Notes under the pieces: generated by a model
Database searches by the model: none
Told to the model about the DNA's origin: nothing
The model's input: only the letters and a program-made list of their open reading frames with translations
Position numbers and translations under genes: made by a program
Assembly: GCA_016840855.1 (NCBI GenBank)
Contig: JAEORO010000097.1
Span: 1 to 10,214 of the forward strand
DNA length: 10,214 nucleotides
Origin: Candidatus Thorarchaeota archaeon
GTDB lineage: Archaea > Asgardarchaeota > Thorarchaeia > Thorarchaeales > Thorarchaeaceae
Direction: 5' to 3'
In this document: in pieces, positions 6,513 to 10,214 of the stretch
Layout: every line of letters begins with the position of its first letter
Position numbering within the stretch: the stretch's first letter is position 1

Positions 6513-7784
6513 CTACTCAGCAATCTTTGCAGTGATAGTCGCTCCCTCTTCCATTGCATCAACAAGAATACTGCCTTGTCTTGTTTTTATTCGTATGGAA
6601 CTTTCCCCATTTCTTCCCACAACAGTCGTGAATAGATACATATCGTCTGCGAATATCTCAAGTCTTTGTTTGGCATACTTTCTCCCAGTGTAAATTGTGA
6701 CTTTCTTTTTGCTATAACTCACAGATACAGGGACCGTTTCACCTGGCACACCTTTCCCGACATGATACCTTTCATCTCTTACTGCAGGCGTAAACGTACC
6801 TCTGACTGGAACTACCACTTTCTCTCCCCCAAATGAGAACATTTCAAACTCCAAAATTCCTCGTTCAAAATCTCGGACCTCAACTACTGGTCTTGCTAAA
6901 TCTCTCTGTGTTCCTCCCATCCCAGTAGGCAACTTCACTTTTAATGAGAGAGAAGAAACTTTGGATACTCGTCCATCCTCAATGTGAACAACAGTATCTA
7001 CCGTACTTGGAACTTGTCCCAACTCCACTCTTCCACCAAGAATTAGTCTTTGTAGTGCATCAATAGCTGAACCTGCATGTACAACCCCGACCATTCCTAC
7101 TCCCGCTGAACGAAGATCAGCATAGGCTTGAAAATCAGAATTCTTACGAAGTTCATCGTATATTACAAAATCCGGTCTGACAAGAAGTAGTACGTCTGCT
7201 GCCTTTTCCATACTACCATCAAGAGGAGAATATTGGACTATAGCCTCTTCCACTTGAAGGTCTCTTGGCTGTTCTAGAGTTTTTACAACATTACCCTTAC
7301 TACTATAAAACTCAGCCAAAGCTGCAGCAAAGGTACTCTTACCTGAGCCAGGTGATCCGGAAACAAGTATACCTTCAGCACGTGCTTCTAGCCTAGTCAT
7401 TAGTTTTGGACTTAATTGATAATCCTCAAGGTTCAATTTTACGATTGGCCGGATTGCTGAAATCTCCATCTTATCAGCAAATGGTCGCCTAGCAATAGCA
7501 ATCCTAAGATTTCTTAATTGCACTACAGAAGCTCCATCTTCTTCTATCTCAATAAATGAATTATTGTCATTCTCTGCAGTTTCAAGAATTGCTTCGGCAA
7601 GAATATCTAGCTCCTCAAAGGTAAGAATCCTATCAGAAAGCTCTACCAACTCCCAGTTTCCAGGTTCACCTCTCTTGGCACGAGGCGGGTTGTTTTCTAT
7701 AAGATGTACACTCATTGTATGTTCATCAAAAAATGCCTTGAGTGTCAGAATCTCTTCACTGTCTTCATTATTCGCCACTATCAT
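6513..7784 (-). CDS. PINA/MJ1533-family (PilT-like) P-loop ATPase, apparently lacking the PIN and KH domains
   Basis: FFDEHTMSVHL...AKRGEPGNW family signature, Walker A GSPGSGKST, KTLEQPRDL, LVRPDFVIYDELR (Walker B), GVGMVGVVHA and DLARPVVEVRDF. Likely start is ATG 7784 or GTG 7778, overlapping the endA stop. Confidence 0.85.
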   Translation of the reverse strand: MIVANNEDSEEILTLKAFFDEHTMSVHLIENNPPRAKRGEPGNWELVELSDRILTFEELDILAEAILETAENDNNSFIEIEEDGASVVQLRNLRIAIARRPFADKMEISAIRPIVKLNLEDYQLSPKLMTRLEARAEGILVSGSPGSGKSTFAAALAEFYSSKGNVVKTLEQPRDLQVEEAIVQYSPLDGSMEKAADVLLLVRPDFVIYDELRKNSDFQAYADLRSAGVGMVGVVHAGSAIDALQRLILGGRVELGQVPSTVDTVVHIEDGRVSKVSSLSLKVKLPTGMGGTQRDLARPVVEVRDFERGILEFEMFSFGGEKVVVPVRGTFTPAVRDERYHVGKGVPGETVPVSVSYSKKKVTIYTGRKYAKQRLEIFADDMYLFTTVVGRNGESSIRIKTRQGSILVDAMEEGATITAKIAE

Positions 7785-8403
7785 CACTTCCACGATTTCG
7801 AAGAGTAGCCTGAGCAACTCTATAGAAGTTAACCTCACCATTTTGGTCTACAAGAGCAAAAACAAGCTTCTTACGAGAGCCTGCAGCTGTCTGTGTAACC
7901 ATATCCAAGTCACTTAGAGATATGGGTACACCCTCTTTTAGAACGTATACCAATTGACTAGCACTTGCTGCTCCTGGTTTGTCACCTCTAGCGTATATAC
8001 GAAATCCAATCCCATTACCAAATCCCTGGCGTACAGCATAACCTCTACTTCTCAGGTCTCTAAACACGAGATATCTAGTCCAAAGGTCAGGGTTTTCATC
8101 AAGCAGTTCACTCACGATAGCATCAGGTCCTACTATCTCTCCATCAGGTTTTCTCACAATCAGGCGTTTTCTTTCAATAAGGTGTAAAAGCTCAACAGGC
8201 TCTAATTCAAGTCTATTAGCTTCAATCCTGTTTCCATAGAATCCTTGTTGCGAGATTCGGTCAGAATCCTTACTACCCACATACCCCTTCTTGTTTTCAA
8301 AAATGGCCTCTGCAGGTTCTTCAATGATTTCTTCTTCTGATTCAAGTTCTTCAAAATCTTCTGAAGAATCTTGCTCGAAAAATTCGTCATCATCATTTGT
8401 CAA
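7768..8403 (-). CDS. endA: tRNA-splicing endonuclease family protein, probable structural (non-catalytic) subunit
   Basis: GFYG, LEPVELLHL, YLVFRDLRSRGYAV, FRIY, RKKLVFALVD and GEVNFY match EndA. Ser occupies the catalytic His position. Likely start is TTG 8403 after AGGCGAG; the ORF track starts at 8466. Confidence 0.88.
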   Translation of the reverse strand: MTNDDDEFFEQDSSEDFEELESEEEIIEEPAEAIFENKKGYVGSKDSDRISQQGFYGNRIEANRLELEPVELLHLIERKRLIVRKPDGEIVGPDAIVSELLDENPDLWTRYLVFRDLRSRGYAVRQGFGNGIGFRIYARGDKPGAASASQLVYVLKEGVPISLSDLDMVTQTAAGSRKKLVFALVDQNGEVNFYRVAQATLRNRGSDDSGE

Positions 8404-8498
8404 TTGAATCTCGCCTAGTTTGTCTACCCACCTCGATAGTGTGAAAAACCCTTCGGCACGCCACAAGAACTATAGCCTCTTCAGAATGAACCTATAGT

Positions 8499-9017
8499 GT
8501 GTCAATCAACAGCTTTGAGGATGAGCTAAGGAACTTCATTTCAGGTGGTAATAAGATAGCAATTCTCGGTATTGGGAACGACCTAAGGTCAGATGATGGA
8601 CTTGGTTCTTACATTATTGAAAAGCTTAGAATCGACGATCCTCGAGTGATGGTTGAGTTTGTCGGATCTGTTCCTGAAGGATTTGCACGACCATTAGCTG
8701 AGTTCGGTGCTGAGAGAATAATCATGGTTGATGCAGCAGACATGAACAAGGCTCCTGGTCATATCGAACTCATCACCAAGGACCGCATACGTGGAATCAA
8801 TATCAGTACGCACAGTATGCCGCTTTCATTTCTTATGATGTACTTAGAACAAGAAACAGGTAGTACAACAATACTGCTTGGTATTCAGCCAAAAAGTATA
8901 CAGTTTGGTGAAGGTTTAACACCAGAGATTCAAGAAGTGGCTGACCGAATAATCAACGCATTAGAAAGCGTATTGAAAAGACACTTGAGAGGACTGACAG
9001 ATGTTTCGAACGATTGA
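8499..9017 (+). CDS. hycI: Hydrogenase maturation protease, HycI type
   Basis: Motifs LGIGNDLRSDDGLG, VPE, MVDAAD, STHSMPL, LLGIQP and FGEGLT. Confidence 0.9.
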   Translation: MSINSFEDELRNFISGGNKIAILGIGNDLRSDDGLGSYIIEKLRIDDPRVMVEFVGSVPEGFARPLAEFGAERIIMVDAADMNKAPGHIELITKDRIRGINISTHSMPLSFLMMYLEQETGSTTILLGIQPKSIQFGEGLTPEIQEVADRIINALESVLKRHLRGLTDVSND

Positions 9018-10041
9018 ATGGTTAGATGATACATCAGAGGTACGACTTGTAGACCAGACCAAACTTCCATTGGCTTTAGAACATATCATTACCAATAGTC
9101 ATGAACGTATTGCTGAGTCAATTGAGATAATGGAGATTCGTGGTGCTCCAGCAATTGGAGCAGCGGCAGGGATGGGCATGGCATTAGCTGCGATTGAGAG
9201 CAAAGCCCGGACCACGAGCGACCTTTTGGAGTACCTTGAGAAGGCTGCAGTCACACTCAACACACGACCAACTGCAGTCAATTTGACCTGGGCAACGAAT
9301 CGGATGCTGGATGTTGCCAAGACTGCAGAGGGAAGCGTTGACGATATTATACAGAAATTGATTGAAGAGGCAAAAGAGATTGCTGAAGAAGATGTTCGAA
9401 TGAGTAAAAATATGGGTGAACAAGCTCTTACTCTCATAAAACCTAGTTACACAATCCAGACCATATGTAATGCAGGGTCCCTAGCTACAGTTCACCTTGG
9501 CACTGTAGGTGCAGTTGTCCGAGCAGCCCATGAAAGATATGGTGGAAATATCAAAGTATATGCTGTAGAAACCAGACCTAGACAGCAAGGCGCACGTCTC
9601 ACAGTCTTCGAATTCATGGAAGATGGTATCGATACCACTCTGATTACTGATGGAATGATTGGTACAGTATTTCGTGAAGGAAGAGTTGATTGTTGCGTTG
9701 TGGGTGCTGACAGGATTCTGCGAACAGGCCATGTAATCAATAAAATTGGAACTTACACTATGGCAATCACAGCTAAATATCACAATATTCCCTTCTATTC
9801 AGTAGCTCCAGCATCAACAATAGATATGGTGACTAATCCCGAGGATGTGATTATTGAGGAACGTGATCCTGATGAGATTCGTATCATTAATGGTGAATAC
9901 GTCACAGTCCCAGATGCAAAAGTCTACAATCCTGCATTTGATATGACTCCACCTGAATTAATTGATGCAATTATCACCGACAGAGGCATTGTTCATAATC
10001 CAACAGAAGAGAAAATGAAGAGGTTGTTTGAAAACGACTAG
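9001..10041 (+). CDS. mtnA: S-methyl-5-thioribose-1-phosphate isomerase
   Basis: Motifs DQTKLP, IRGAPAIG, RPTAVNL, CNAGSLAT, ETRPRQQGARLT, GADRI, NKIGTY and NPAFDMTP. Overlaps hycI by 17 nt. Confidence 0.92.
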   Translation: MFRTIEWLDDTSEVRLVDQTKLPLALEHIITNSHERIAESIEIMEIRGAPAIGAAAGMGMALAAIESKARTTSDLLEYLEKAAVTLNTRPTAVNLTWATNRMLDVAKTAEGSVDDIIQKLIEEAKEIAEEDVRMSKNMGEQALTLIKPSYTIQTICNAGSLATVHLGTVGAVVRAAHERYGGNIKVYAVETRPRQQGARLTVFEFMEDGIDTTLITDGMIGTVFREGRVDCCVVGADRILRTGHVINKIGTYTMAITAKYHNIPFYSVAPASTIDMVTNPEDVIIEERDPDEIRIINGEYVTVPDAKVYNPAFDMTPPELIDAIITDRGIVHNPTEEKMKRLFEND

Positions 10042-10104
10042 ACTATAATTCATTGATGAACAATATGGAAGGCCTTAAGAGTATATTACGAGCGATGAAT
10101 TTTA

Positions 10105-10214
10105 GGGCACGTAGTCTAGTCTGGGCTCAAAGCGATGGATTGTTCTTGAGAGATAGATAGGGCGCCAGCCTTCGGAGTTGGATGCCGCAGGTTCAAATCC
10201 TGCCGTGCCCGCCA
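10105..10214 (+). tRNA. tRNA-Arg(TCG) with a D-loop intron, CCA encoded
   Basis: GGGCACG TA GTCT AGTCTGG[32-nt intron]ATA GGGC G CCAGC CT-TCG-GA GTTGG ATGCC GCAGG TTCAAAT CCTGC CGTGCCC G CCA; 78 nt when spliced. Confidence 0.95.
10125..10156 (+). other. tRNA-Arg(TCG) intron at 19/20 (32 nt)
   Basis: Full BHB: outer helix TCTA/TAGG, central helix GTCT (10119-10122)/AGAT (10151-10154), bulges GG|G and AG|A, inner helix CTCAA/TTGAG. Confidence 0.9.

Noticed and set aside
7785-8466. Longer ORF-track starts for the ATPase (7841) and endA (8466)
   Set aside because: The first creates a 74-nt overlap with endA. The second runs into the divergent promoter region next to hycI. Downstream starts have RBS-like sequences.
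588-9783. Other antisense or overlapping ORFs (588-866, 1300-1566, 2974-3171, 3164-3418, 4800-5147, 5412-5708, 6478-6693, 7564-7917, 7954-8187, 8202-8396, 9099-9437, 9184-9423, 9481-9783, 9492-9740)
   Set aside because: They overlap better-supported genes and show no recognisable motifs, consistent with shadow frames.
9001-10041. Ribose-1,5-bisphosphate isomerase or eIF2B subunit rather than MtnA
   Set aside because: The N-terminal DQTKLP, CNAGxLAT and QGARLT motifs are MtnA-type signatures.

Overview
Archaeal chromosomal segment with AGGTGA-type ribosome-binding sites, BRE/TATA promoters and bulge-helix-bulge (BHB) tRNA introns. An Asgard (Thorarchaeota-like) origin is a plausible inference but cannot be proven here. 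It carries four tRNA genes, all with genomically encoded CCA: elongator Met(CAT) with at least two introns (37/38 and 59/60, possibly a third nested one), intronless Thr(TGT), and Arg(CCT) and Arg(TCG), each with a D-loop intron at 19/20. Recognisable enzymes are pgk, rpiA, mtnA and an orphan HycI-type hydrogenase maturation protease. The window also holds a tRNA-splicing endonuclease homologue lacking the catalytic His (probable structural subunit), overlapping a PINA-family ATPase that appears to lack its PIN and KH domains. Other genes encode a LURP-one/scramblase-like protein, a DUF4037 protein and a membrane-anchored PPxGG-repeat protein. Two paralogous ~70-aa proteins share an unusual upstream motif at identical spacing. 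No integrase, transposase or CRISPR array was seen.
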